From: a virus
DNA: 64,000 nt
IMG/VR virus record: IMGVR_UViG_3300027779_000018
Coordinates: 17,952 to 81,951 of that record
Reading direction: 5' to 3' (one strand)
Shown: in pieces, positions 1-8,365 of the stretch
Layout: each line of letters opens with the position of its first letter
Position numbering within the stretch: position 1 is the first letter of the stretch
Notes under the pieces: generated by a model
What the model was told of the DNA's origin: nothing
What the model saw: only the letters and a program-made list of their open reading frames with translations
Database searches by the model: none
Program-made: the position numbers and the translations under genes

Positions 1-1
1 C

Positions 2-526
2 GGTCACTTCATAGCTGTCAACGAAGAAGACGGTAACAGGATGAAGTATCTAGACCCCATGGGAAGAATTTCTTATAATGTAGGATTTGATAACGCTGAT
101 TTTGAGAAGATCATGTCATGGATAGAGGATGTCATACCATGGAATGAAGATTTCCAAAATGTATCATTCATGCAAATAATCCAGTATCCAATGGACTCTG
201 CTATGCCTTTTCACCAAGATCAAGCAGATAGTAATGATACAGGTACTATTATATTCAACTTAAATGACGATTTTAAGGGTGGACGGCACATGGTTGACGG
301 TCACCAACTGATTCCTTTTACAGGAACAATGATAGCATTTAATAACTCCACTGAACGATGGCATGGAGTTGACCCAATTCTCGTAGGGGAACGATGGGTA
401 CTCGCACTATGGTTTGACCGAGGCGATGATAACGATGATAATGAAGTTCTCGGTGCGATGGAAGCCGCTAACGATGAACAGAACGAAGAAATTAAAGTAT
501 TCCCAAAGGCTATACTTAAACAATAA
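2..526 (+). CDS. 2OG-Fe(II) oxygenase (prolyl-4-hydroxylase-like), probably 5'-truncated
   Basis: HQD...FKGG...H-GVDP..GERW motifs (HxD...H...R). The frame is open from the window start; first ATG at 41. Confidence 0.85.
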   Translation, partial: GHFIAVNEEDGNRMKYLDPMGRISYNVGFDNADFEKIMSWIEDVIPWNEDFQNVSFMQIIQYPMDSAMPFHQDQADSNDTGTIIFNLNDDFKGGRHMVDGHQLIPFTGTMIAFNNSTERWHGVDPILVGERWVLALWFDRGDDNDDNEVLGAMEAANDEQNEEIKVFPKAILKQ

Positions 527-531
527 ACAAT

Positions 532-744
532 ATGCAACACCAAGCGACCATGAAATGTGCAGTATGTTTAGATGATGTCCGAATAGAAGACATCAAATAT
601 CATACCCCCGATGGGGACAAAATATTTTGTGGGCCAAGTTGCAGCCTTAAATATCACCAAGGAAAGGAAAATGAGAAAACAAATAACAATATTAAAGATT
701 TTAACAACACTAACAGCAATAGCACTGACACTACAAGTGGTTGA
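532..744 (+). CDS. small zinc-binding protein (TRASH/YHS-like)
   Basis: CAVC...FCGPSC cysteine pattern. Confidence 0.55.
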   Translation: MQHQATMKCAVCLDDVRIEDIKYHTPDGDKIFCGPSCSLKYHQGKENEKTNNNIKDFNNTNSNSTDTTSG

Positions 745-760
745 ACTGTTTATACTATAG
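671..760 (+). CDS. 29-aa hydrophobic peptide
   Basis: AAGGAAA then ATG; MRKQITILKILTTLTAIALTLQVVELFIL; overlaps the tail of the previous ORF. Confidence 0.45.
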   Translation: MRKQITILKILTTLTAIALTLQVVELFIL

Positions 761-772
761 GAGAAAGACCCG

Positions 773-1027
773 ATGCCCATCAAATTAAGACAATCACAAA
801 CACAGAGGATTGATAGGCGATCAGAGAAAACAACCACAACACATTACTGGATGAAGGGTCAAACAGTAGATGTGTTAATAGAGGAATTGGTCAAATGTTA
901 TGAAACAGATGACCATGGAAGAGAGGTTACCAAGAAGGGTAAGGGAAAACTGAAAATGAAGATACTAAACGAGTTAGTACGAAGAGAAGTTAAACCTTAC
1001 AAAACACACTTTAAGGTAAGTAAATAA
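773..1027 (+). CDS. hypothetical basic protein
   Basis: ORF with AGGAG SD, in operon context. Confidence 0.7.
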   Translation: MPIKLRQSQTQRIDRRSEKTTTTHYWMKGQTVDVLIEELVKCYETDDHGREVTKKGKGKLKMKILNELVRREVKPYKTHFKVSK

Positions 1028-1037
1028 ACAATATATT

Positions 1038-1724
1038 ATGAAGGAGAACAACGTGAAATATATATTAACTGGCCTATTAGCTTTAGGCCTATCAACACAC
1101 GCACTAACAGATCATCTAAGTTTTGATGAGACTAGTTTTAGTGGTGATATCAACTATGCATCAGATTACATCTTTAGGGGTGTATCTCAAGCAGGTAAAC
1201 CAGTCGTATCAGTAAGTGCAGTCGTATCAGACTTGCCCGCTGGTGCATATGTCGGAGTATGGAGTAGTGATGTAGACTTCTCTAGAGACGGCGACAGTGA
1301 AACCACAAGAGAAGTAGATTTCTTTGGTGGATTCGTAACACAGATAGCAGACAACCTTACGGTTGACTTAGGATACATAAGATATCAGTACGATGGAATC
1401 GTAGACGATATTGAAGAGGTGTATGCAGTAGTCAATTGGGGTAACCTGACACTATCGAACTATACAGATACAAACACCCATGACAACTACGCAGAAGTAG
1501 GATACTCATTCGGGTGGTTATTTGGTGATGCATTTGATGTATCATTTATCTATGGTCTCTATGATGAGGATGACACATTTACTATGTTATCGGCGTCAAA
1601 GAATTTTGGTTCATCTGACCAGTGGACATTTGGGGTATTGATTGGTGAAGATGTGCTTGACGGACAAGCATCTAATTCAATCCATGCAAGTATAAATTAT
1701 AACTTCGGATTTACGAGGGGGTAA
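1038..1724 (+). CDS. TorF/Gcw_chp-family outer membrane beta-barrel (putative porin)
   Basis: Signal peptide; SDYIFRGVSQ, YVGVWSS, EVDFFGGF and DLGYIRYQY motifs; aromatic residues near the C-terminus. Confidence 0.8.
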   Translation: MKENNVKYILTGLLALGLSTHALTDHLSFDETSFSGDINYASDYIFRGVSQAGKPVVSVSAVVSDLPAGAYVGVWSSDVDFSRDGDSETTREVDFFGGFVTQIADNLTVDLGYIRYQYDGIVDDIEEVYAVVNWGNLTLSNYTDTNTHDNYAEVGYSFGWLFGDAFDVSFIYGLYDEDDTFTMLSASKNFGSSDQWTFGVLIGEDVLDGQASNSIHASINYNFGFTRG

Positions 1725-1728
1725 CACC

Positions 1729-1941
1729 ATGAGTTGGTGGAATACAGTAACAGACTTCTTTGGGTTTGAATGGGTCAGAGCAAGAGACGAGAAAGGTCGT
1801 TTCGTTGCAGATGATAAATCAACACCTGATGTAGACGAGTCTAAAAAGAAGGTCTACAAGAAGAGAGTACCTAGAACAGGGTATGCAAAACCCAAAAAAG
1901 CATCATCTAAGAAGGAGATGTTGAAGGGTGACTCTAAGTAG
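1729..1941 (+). CDS. small basic phage protein
   Basis: RARDEKGRFVADDxSTPDVDE motif; SD GAGGGG. Confidence 0.7.
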   Translation: MSWWNTVTDFFGFEWVRARDEKGRFVADDKSTPDVDESKKKVYKKRVPRTGYAKPKKASSKKEMLKGDSK

Positions 1942-2035
1942 AATCTAGAATAGTCGGTTCGGGTTCCGACTGCAGTTGTCAGATGATCGATCATTATCAG
2001 TAATGACTGTAGTACAAAAACCCACCATTTTTTAT

Positions 2036-2111
2036 GGGGCTGTAGCTCAGTTGGGAGAGCGCTTCCCTTGCACGGAAGAGGTCGTAGGTTCGATCCCTAT
2101 CAGCTCCACCA
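2036..2111 (+). tRNA. tRNA-Ala(UGC)
   Basis: Full cloverleaf; GGGGCTG/CAGCTCC acceptor stem with G3:U70; anticodon loop CT-TGC-AC; TTCGA T-loop; encoded CCA. Confidence 0.97.
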
Positions 2112-2137
2112 TTATGCTAAACCAAGAGGAAAACATT

Positions 2138-2326
2138 ATGGACGAAATGACATTCGTGGACTACAAGTTCTATCTGAATGGTCAAGGTGACATAGCATTT
2201 GATGAAGGTCTCGATACCCATCAATTGCGTGTAAGACAAGGTGATCTACTCAGAGTGAGTAGAGACGTTGAAGGACGAATATGTCTACAACGGTATGGTC
2301 ATGTCTCACCACACGAAAATGACTAA
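2138..2326 (+). CDS. hypothetical protein
   Basis: GAGGA SD before ATG 2138; the ORF-track extension upstream runs through the tRNA. Confidence 0.65.
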   Translation: MDEMTFVDYKFYLNGQGDIAFDEGLDTHQLRVRQGDLLRVSRDVEGRICLQRYGHVSPHEND

Positions 2327-2408
2327 ATACATTTGAACGAGTAATAACCTGTCGAGACGATCAAAAGTCCAAAGGTTATGAAAGTACATACATAATAAGG
2401 AGATATAA

Positions 2409-2555
2409 ATGCAATATATAGCATCAATGTCTGCCTCGATACATGACAATTACGCCATCTTATCCCGCAGACATCTAAAACCCACATGGAAAAAATTCAA
2501 TAAGTTATTGAAATCTGGCCGGTTCGACAAGGTAGTTAAGACGTTTATCTTATAA
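2409..2555 (+). CDS. 48-aa hypothetical protein
   Basis: Strong SD TAAGGAG; MQYIASMSASIHDNY...KTFIL. Confidence 0.6.
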   Translation: MQYIASMSASIHDNYAILSRRHLKPTWKKFNKLLKSGRFDKVVKTFIL

Positions 2556-2561
2556 ACCCCC

Positions 2562-2590
2562 TTGTCAAAGATGAGTTGGGGTAGTATAAT
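2562..2590 (+). promoter_or_regulatory. sigma70-type promoter
   Basis: TTGTCA-17-TATAAT. Confidence 0.65.
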
Positions 2591-2655
2591 AGACTAATGG
2601 TGGAGTACTAAATACCTCTACAAACAACAACTGAATATATTATTAAGGAACAAGA

Positions 2656-3567
2656 ATGGCGACTAACATTATAATGCATCAGAAGTCTAACATGACTGCT
2701 GAAACAATCAACACCTCATTTGTACGACTCAAGAAACTTAGAGTTCAAATGATTCAAGCAGGACACAATGAAGTATCGTTTTTCTGCCTCAAAGATAGAG
2801 CGTGTCAAACTGGTGGACTACTGGATTGGATTACCCCAATTCTTTACGATGCTGACCCTCTCATTACTGATGAGTCCTATTACCAATTAACGGTCTTAGC
2901 CGATCACCCCCAACTTGCAATAGACCATTGTAAGAATATCTTGTGGAACCCTGCATTAATTCCCCTAGACCTATGTCAAACTGCTATCCTCGCCAACCTA
3001 CCATCAAAAGGGGACATCAAGAATATACCCGATAGCGTAGAGTTAGACGCTGCCACCCTAGTCACCATTAAAGAGAATGCACTACCCTTCATAGAGATGC
3101 CGATGAAATGGTGGGACTTTGAAGATGATGATGACATAGACACTGAATTCAAGGGACAATGGTATTTTGCCTTTGTCAGTGAAGAACTCAAGGACATAAA
3201 AACCACCTTCATGGCTGATATCACAAACACTATAGACACCTATAGTGCAATAGGTGGTGTTCAAGGATTTATAGAATCCCAATACAAGGGAGTTGTCCTA
3301 CCCACCAAATGTGGTCAGTTCACCCCTTACTATATCAACAACGAAGAGAAGAATTTAGAACTTAACGAACAATGGGAAACGAAGATCAGACATTATTTCC
3401 CTACTGAGTGGTATCCACCCGATCAGTCAGAAATGGATGCACCCCTGTTTTCCTATGACCACGAATGGAGAGACGTGTCAAAACAAGTACGATTCTTGTT
3501 CATGGATGACAACAACGGTGAACACGATCAGAAATCTGATTTGTATGCACGACTATGGTTCCTATAA
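2656..3567 (+). CDS. hypothetical protein
   Basis: 303-aa ORF with TAAGGA SD; no recognised motif. Confidence 0.75.
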   Translation: MATNIIMHQKSNMTAETINTSFVRLKKLRVQMIQAGHNEVSFFCLKDRACQTGGLLDWITPILYDADPLITDESYYQLTVLADHPQLAIDHCKNILWNPALIPLDLCQTAILANLPSKGDIKNIPDSVELDAATLVTIKENALPFIEMPMKWWDFEDDDDIDTEFKGQWYFAFVSEELKDIKTTFMADITNTIDTYSAIGGVQGFIESQYKGVVLPTKCGQFTPYYINNEEKNLELNEQWETKIRHYFPTEWYPPDQSEMDAPLFSYDHEWRDVSKQVRFLFMDDNNGEHDQKSDLYARLWFL

Positions 3568-4847
3568 CGCCCTTAAAGTTGCGCCTACCCTCGGGCGAAG
3601 CGCTCGTTAACGGCGTTATAGGAAATAAGGAACATCTAATTTTCGATCAATTCCTCACGGACGAGGAATGCAATCACATTGCTACCATACTCAAACGAGA
3701 CGAACATAAGATTTTGCGTATACCGAATCACGAGGATACTGGTTACACAGGAACCACTTCTAAATATTCGGTATACAATCTGTTAAATCATGGTGATATT
3801 CGCCCCCTGAAACTACCCGATAGACTATTCAACTTATCCCTATTTTCACATTGCACTGAACTATGGGTGCAATGTTGGGGTAACGTATTGCATCAAGGAC
3901 AAGAATTGTCCACTCACATGCATAGCTCCGTAGAACAACCATTGAATTTGTGTGCCACGTCCATATACCTAGAAGGCCCCGAACCTTCTTATACACATTG
4001 GGAAGACACTGGCCAGACCCAAAACATTCAGGGACAACTCAACGTGGTCGGACAACACCACGAACACTCAGTCAAACCCAATATACACACACAACCACGG
4101 ATTTCTATGGCATTGGATATTCATTGGGAGTATAGTCCTCTCATGATCGAAAACAACACCAAACGATTCATGCACATTCAGAGAAAGGAGAAGGTACTGT
4201 ACGAATCAGACTATGAGGGTATGCCCATAATCGTTAAAGAAACTAACGACACCACCAAATTATACTTCGGTCACCAGTCGAAAATAGTCCAAACGATAAT
4301 CTCAAAGAAGAATCCTCTCACACTATGGCACACCTATAGTAAGCAGTTATGTGAAGTGACCAAACGAGTGAAAGACCCAAAAAATGCATTGGTACTTGGA
4401 TTGGGGGGTGGAATCATACCCTCATGGTTACTTGCAAACACTAAGTGTAAGGTTGATGCGGTTGAGATCATACCCGAACTCGAACACATAGCACAAAAAT
4501 ACTTCCACATGCCCAAGAGTATCAATGTCATTATAGACGATGCATTTAAATTCGTGCAGGACACTTCAAACACCTATGATATTATCGTTGTCGATCTATG
4601 GGAACCCACAGGGGACTTTATGGAGAAGTTTGATGATGCATTCTATAATGGATTAAAACAGATTCTCAGAAACCCTAACGGCTGTATTGCAATCAACACC
4701 TTATTTCGTATGGATAGGGAACGCCATGACGAGTACCTACTACGACTTAAAAAGGAATTCACATCCGTAACAGAATGCCTCAACCCTTACCCCAAGAGCA
4801 ACAATTGTGTCATCTACTGCAGTAATAACACCATAAATAACACATAA
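3555..4847 (+). CDS. fusion of a 2OG-Fe(II) oxygenase-like domain and a spermidine-synthase-like class I SAM-dependent transferase
   Basis: N-terminal WGNVL...HMH...H.V.PN...RISMA; C-terminal LVLGLGGG, VDAVEI, DDAFKFV, YDIIVVD. Confidence 0.8.
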   Translation: MVPITPLKLRLPSGEALVNGVIGNKEHLIFDQFLTDEECNHIATILKRDEHKILRIPNHEDTGYTGTTSKYSVYNLLNHGDIRPLKLPDRLFNLSLFSHCTELWVQCWGNVLHQGQELSTHMHSSVEQPLNLCATSIYLEGPEPSYTHWEDTGQTQNIQGQLNVVGQHHEHSVKPNIHTQPRISMALDIHWEYSPLMIENNTKRFMHIQRKEKVLYESDYEGMPIIVKETNDTTKLYFGHQSKIVQTIISKKNPLTLWHTYSKQLCEVTKRVKDPKNALVLGLGGGIIPSWLLANTKCKVDAVEIIPELEHIAQKYFHMPKSINVIIDDAFKFVQDTSNTYDIIVVDLWEPTGDFMEKFDDAFYNGLKQILRNPNGCIAINTLFRMDRERHDEYLLRLKKEFTSVTECLNPYPKSNNCVIYCSNNTINNT

Positions 4848-4862
4848 AGGAAACAATTAAAC

Positions 4863-5231
4863 ATGAAATTTGACAGTAACAACCCCAAAGTATTGGTACA
4901 CTACGAAACGAGCAACCCCTTAGCCTCTGAGATGTTCGAATACCTAACCGACAAAGTCCCCTTCATGGATGAGGTAGGAGATTCAAACACTTACGGAAGT
5001 TGGGTACACCACACGGACGAGCATGGACTCTTTGACATCTACTTCCACCTGATAGACAATCCTACCCTCACAGAACCATGGTTAGAATTAGGAGAGGCCA
5101 TCAGCCACAAAACCTATTTCGTAGACACCACAGGAACGCTGGAGAATATACCCACGAATGCGTCCGTCATCGTAGAAACCACACCCGCGGAGCTATGGGA
5201 ACGAGTCAAACGAGAGTATCTTGAACGGTGA
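4863..5231 (+). CDS. hypothetical protein
   Basis: ORF with AAGGA SD. Confidence 0.65.
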   Translation: MKFDSNNPKVLVHYETSNPLASEMFEYLTDKVPFMDEVGDSNTYGSWVHHTDEHGLFDIYFHLIDNPTLTEPWLELGEAISHKTYFVDTTGTLENIPTNASVIVETTPAELWERVKREYLER

Positions 5232-5590
5232 CCTACAACAATAACTACACCGAACCCAACATAGACAACGGAATAACGGTCAGTAGAAAGAATTCAGAGG
5301 TCATCGGTAATACCTTTACCCCTGATTGGAGTAAAAACACTCACCTTTGCTATGGGGGTGGAGATCACTTCCATGAGGGAACCACAAGAACAAGACGTAG
5401 TACCGTAGAACACTTCAACATCCCCCTAAACTATAAGGAACTCCAACACCTTACCACAGGGGATCATTCCACACTTCACCACCAACTCAAAGAACGTCTA
5501 GGAATAGACCTACACACGGTGTACGATATCGATAGAGTATGGATAGCTCCTCATAACACATGGGAACCAATAGGAAAGGGGTCTTATTAA
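5228..5590 (+). CDS. hypothetical protein
   Basis: GTGA start/stop overlap with the previous gene. Confidence 0.6.
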   Translation: MTYNNNYTEPNIDNGITVSRKNSEVIGNTFTPDWSKNTHLCYGGGDHFHEGTTRTRRSTVEHFNIPLNYKELQHLTTGDHSTLHHQLKERLGIDLHTVYDIDRVWIAPHNTWEPIGKGSY

Positions 5591-5808
5591 CCCAACTGAG
5601 AGAAGTATCGTCTAATCATATAGACCCGACAATAGGCAACCACGGTCATGATTGCCGTCACCGTAGTACCAATGTAAAATGCACTGTCCCATTCGAGGAT
5701 ATTCATGAAGAGAAACAGCAGAGAAAGATTCAGAGGGTAGTTAATTAACAACCCAGTACCTACTGCTGTCATTGTTTCTTTGTGTATTTTACGAGACTTC
5801 TTAGACAT
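5587..5808 (-). CDS. small two-TM membrane protein
   Basis: Two hydrophobic helices then RVYMIRRYF; ATG lies 6 nt after a TATACT box. Confidence 0.7.
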   Translation of the reverse strand: MSKKSRKIHKETMTAVGTGLLINYPLNLSLLFLFMNILEWDSAFYIGTTVTAIMTVVAYCRVYMIRRYFSQLG

Positions 5809-6080
5809 ACCTATAGTATAACACACTGAGAGGCCTATGTATAGGGGGTTTTAATATAATTCTGAGAGTCTTATGGTGAGAGTGATTAAAAGTGGGGAGA
5901 AGTGTGTCAAAGTGGGGGAATAATAATGGAATGTAAGGGGTGATACTGAGAGTATTACTTTTTGGGTATCGGTGATGTTGTTAAGGGGTACAAACACGAG
6001 ATTTAGTCGGGAGTCAAGTCGGAGCGTTGCCTAAATGGTGCCGCTGAGACCCTTATCCCATAGGTATCTCAGAGCGCCTG

Positions 6081-6260
6081 CTAGAGGACAGTGCATTTGG
6101 TGATGTGAATGCACTTAGTGTCATCTATGTGCAGGGCATTCAGCTCCTCTTGAGAGATAAACGTAGCGTCTTCCGTCCATTCTTTGTCCGTCCAGTTCTC
6201 TAGTGTCTCTCCTAGACGGTGGGTTTGTGCAATCCAGTTGTTATATCCTTCTAGTGACAT
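6081..6260 (-). CDS. 59-aa hypothetical protein
   Basis: MSLEGYNNWIAQ...; overlaps the upstream ORF of the leftward operon. Confidence 0.5.
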   Translation of the reverse strand: MSLEGYNNWIAQTHRLGETLENWTDKEWTEDATFISQEELNALHIDDTKCIHITKCTVL

Positions 6261-6418
6261 GATACATAGGCCTCGTCTGAACTCATGGGGGATCGATTGA
6301 GTGCAATTTGTATGTTGACCTTCTCTGCGTACTCATGAGCGGCCATCTTTGTCTTGAATATCTTTGCACATAGGGGTCGGTGAGTGTGTAAGCAGCTGAT
6401 TCGGTAGTAGAAAAACAT
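6251..6418 (-). CDS. 55-aa hypothetical protein
   Basis: TAATG coupling to 6418..6603; MFFYYRISCL... Confidence 0.55.
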   Translation of the reverse strand: MFFYYRISCLHTHRPLCAKIFKTKMAAHEYAEKVNIQIALNRSPMSSDEAYVSCH

Positions 6419-6603
6419 TATACACTCTCCATTTTCAGTTTTGTGATTGCACTTCGTAGTTTTGCTTCCTTACGAGGACTAGCCGGCAGTGATATCCCTC
6501 TATTTTGTCCTATTAGAGGGATGCGATCATCCTCTATAGCCCATATCTCTGAAACCATCTCAGTCCGTTCTTCTTTTGTCATCTCATTCCACTCTTTCAT
6601 CAT
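6418..6603 (-). CDS. hypothetical early protein
   Basis: Directly downstream of a strong leftward promoter. Confidence 0.65.
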   Translation of the reverse strand: MMKEWNEMTKEERTEMVSEIWAIEDDRIPLIGQNRGISLPASPRKEAKLRSAITKLKMESV

Positions 6604-6630
6604 CTTTCTCTCATTATTTAATATACAAGT

Positions 6631-6660
6631 ATTATATCAGAAATGTGGGGTCATTGTCAA
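6631..6660 (-). promoter_or_regulatory. early sigma70-type promoter (leftward)
   Basis: TTGACA(ATG)-18-TATAAT on the minus strand. Confidence 0.8.
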
Positions 6661-6798
6661 CACTTTTCTGCACCTATATTCGTTTTCTTTGCACACTTAT
6701 CTGCACCACGCAGCGCTTTGAGTTTCCCACGGAGAATGTATGCTTCATTGTCGGGTCTTTGTTCCTGAAACCCTTACCACCACTGGGTTTCAGAGCGG

Positions 6799-6828
6799 TT
6801 GACAATGGGTCACACTTTATGTTATACT
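6799..6828 (+). promoter_or_regulatory. early sigma70-type promoter (rightward, reading into the DnaA boxes)
   Basis: TTGACA(ATG)-18-TATACT with extended TG. Confidence 0.8.
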
Positions 6829-6965
6829 ATGTATATAATGGAGATTAAGCGAATGATATAGAGTGACGGCGGTGCGAGGCAATGTCGATACCTCACTGTA
6901 TAGACTGCAAGAGTCTGAATTTTTGGAAACACTACTAGTGTCTCTGAGATTTCTTTGAGCTAAAG

Positions 6966-7012
6966 TTATCCACAGAGTTATCCACAAAAAGTTATCCACA
7001 GAGTTATCCACA
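6966..7012 (+). repeat. four tandem consensus DnaA boxes (TTATCCACA)
   Basis: Exact TTATCCACA at 6966, 6978, 6992 and 7004, all in the same orientation and intergenic. Confidence 0.9.
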
Positions 7013-7143
7013 GGCGCCCCTCGGTTGGCGTATCACCTGTGGCCACAGCTTAAACTGAGTCGGCCTGGTATGAAAATCGAATGAGCGCTCCCTTGATACA
7101 CCTAGTGTACAGGGTACGTCAAACGGTGTCGCAGAAATAACAC

Positions 7144-7173
7144 TTGACAATGCCTCCGATAAACTGTTATACT
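7144..7173 (+). promoter_or_regulatory. early promoter
   Basis: TTGACA(ATG)-18-TATACT. Confidence 0.8.
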
Positions 7174-7179
7174 ATAGGT

Positions 7180-7413
7180 ATGATAAAGAATCAAGAAAAT
7201 AAATTGATCGCGACCCACCTTGCCACAGGTCAGTCTGTAGAGATAGACCTCACTGACAAAGAGATGGTGTATGCAACCTGTAAGGACGTGTGCATCAACG
7301 AGTGCTGGGACTTCTTAGACAGCCTAGTGGACAACAGGACAGGGATTAAGATCATCGATGAATTGCAGATAGACTTCATCGTGGTTAACGGAATTAAAAA
7401 GGTTTTCCACTAG
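7180..7413 (+). CDS. hypothetical early protein (probably leaderless)
   Basis: ATG 6 nt after the -10 box; no SD. Confidence 0.7.
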   Translation: MIKNQENKLIATHLATGQSVEIDLTDKEMVYATCKDVCINECWDFLDSLVDNRTGIKIIDELQIDFIVVNGIKKVFH

Positions 7414-7444
7414 ACACACAGACCTCACCATGGTATAATAACTG

Positions 7445-7564
7445 TATGGTTTAAAGAAATGAATCAAAGGCAATACTAGAGTGCCTATGAAAGTCTAGTA
7501 GGGTGACGGCCGAACGTCATTAAGTTCTGATAGAGCAGAGGGGTTATGAGAGTGACCCCCCTTT
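7445..7564 (+). ncRNA. candidate structured small RNA (pseudoknot plus hairpins)
   Basis: Own promoter TAGACA-17-TATAAT (7411-7439); no ORF; paired segments; terminal GC hairpin. Confidence 0.55.
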
Positions 7565-7590
7565 ACTGTTAGATAAGGATATGATATAAT

Positions 7591-7788
7591 ATGAAGACAA
7601 ACGTAATTGGAGCAGAACGGTGGACTACTGTAGATGTATACAGTATACCAAAGGACTCTACGCGTATGGCAGGAGCATCGATGCTAGAGCGTCGCACTAA
7701 GACCCCTGTAAGCCTCTCTGAGGGACTTGCAGTGTGTCAAGAGTACGAGGGTCAGGGTCATGTCGTAGAGCTCCGTAGAGTGACGTAG
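7591..7788 (+). CDS. hypothetical protein
   Basis: 65-aa ORF with TAAGGA upstream. Confidence 0.55.
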   Translation: MKTNVIGAERWTTVDVYSIPKDSTRMAGASMLERRTKTPVSLSEGLAVCQEYEGQGHVVELRRVT

Positions 7789-7929
7789 AGAGAGAGCGTC
7801 TTAAAACAGTGCTGTGGGACTCCTAGACTCTTTTAGAAGCGACCTAGACCCCCACCCTAATTGTATTCAAAGATTATTCTAAGTGATATCAAAAAATTTC
7901 TCAGGTAAAAATTATGACTAAAAACAAAA

Positions 7930-8085
7930 ATGAATAATTCAGAGCAATGGAAAAAGAACTCCGATGAATGGGTCAAGACCATGGAAGCATCAAGAATTAA
8001 AAAAGAAGAATACAACAAGTATCGTATCACCACGAAGAACCCATTATCCTACAGAGATTGGTTGGCCATGGGAGAAATATCATGA
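7930..8085 (+). CDS. 51-aa hypothetical protein
   Basis: MNNSEQWKKNSDEWVK...; ATGA overlap with the next gene. Confidence 0.55.
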   Translation: MNNSEQWKKNSDEWVKTMEASRIKKEEYNKYRITTKNPLSYRDWLAMGEIS

Positions 8086-8357
8086 GTCACAGTGCAATGT
8101 TTAAAGCAATGAATCGAGAGAAGTCTGCATGGATTCTTAAATGGGTCGCAAGTGTATGTCTAGTGATAGGAATGAGTGTTCGTGCAAGTGGTATACCCGA
8201 ACTCGCTATATTTGATTTAACATTTTCCTTCGTGGGTATATGTGGTTGGTTGACGGTGAGTATTATATGGAATGACCGTGCATTGATATTATTAAATGCA
8301 ACTGGGTTTCTGATTTTATTGACTGGTTTAATTAAATACTTTTTCGTGGGAGTCTAA
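8082..8357 (+). CDS. small three-TM membrane protein
   Basis: WILKWVAS...GWLTVSIIWNDRALILLN hydrophobic pattern. Confidence 0.75.
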   Translation: MSHSAMFKAMNREKSAWILKWVASVCLVIGMSVRASGIPELAIFDLTFSFVGICGWLTVSIIWNDRALILLNATGFLILLTGLIKYFFVGV

Positions 8358-8365
8358 ATAATATC

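Noticed and set aside
1976-2137. N-terminal extension of the 116-aa ORF
   Set aside because: It is a translation of the tRNA-Ala gene; the real start is at 2138, or possibly 2114.
6817-7011. Minus-strand ORF MDNSVDNFLWITLWITL...
   Set aside because: Its repeated peptide is a by-product of the DnaA-box repeat, it lacks an SD, and it runs against a strong promoter.
7524-7540. Hammerhead ribozyme core (CTGATAGA)
   Set aside because: It does not match CUGANGA with a correctly placed GAAA and three stems.
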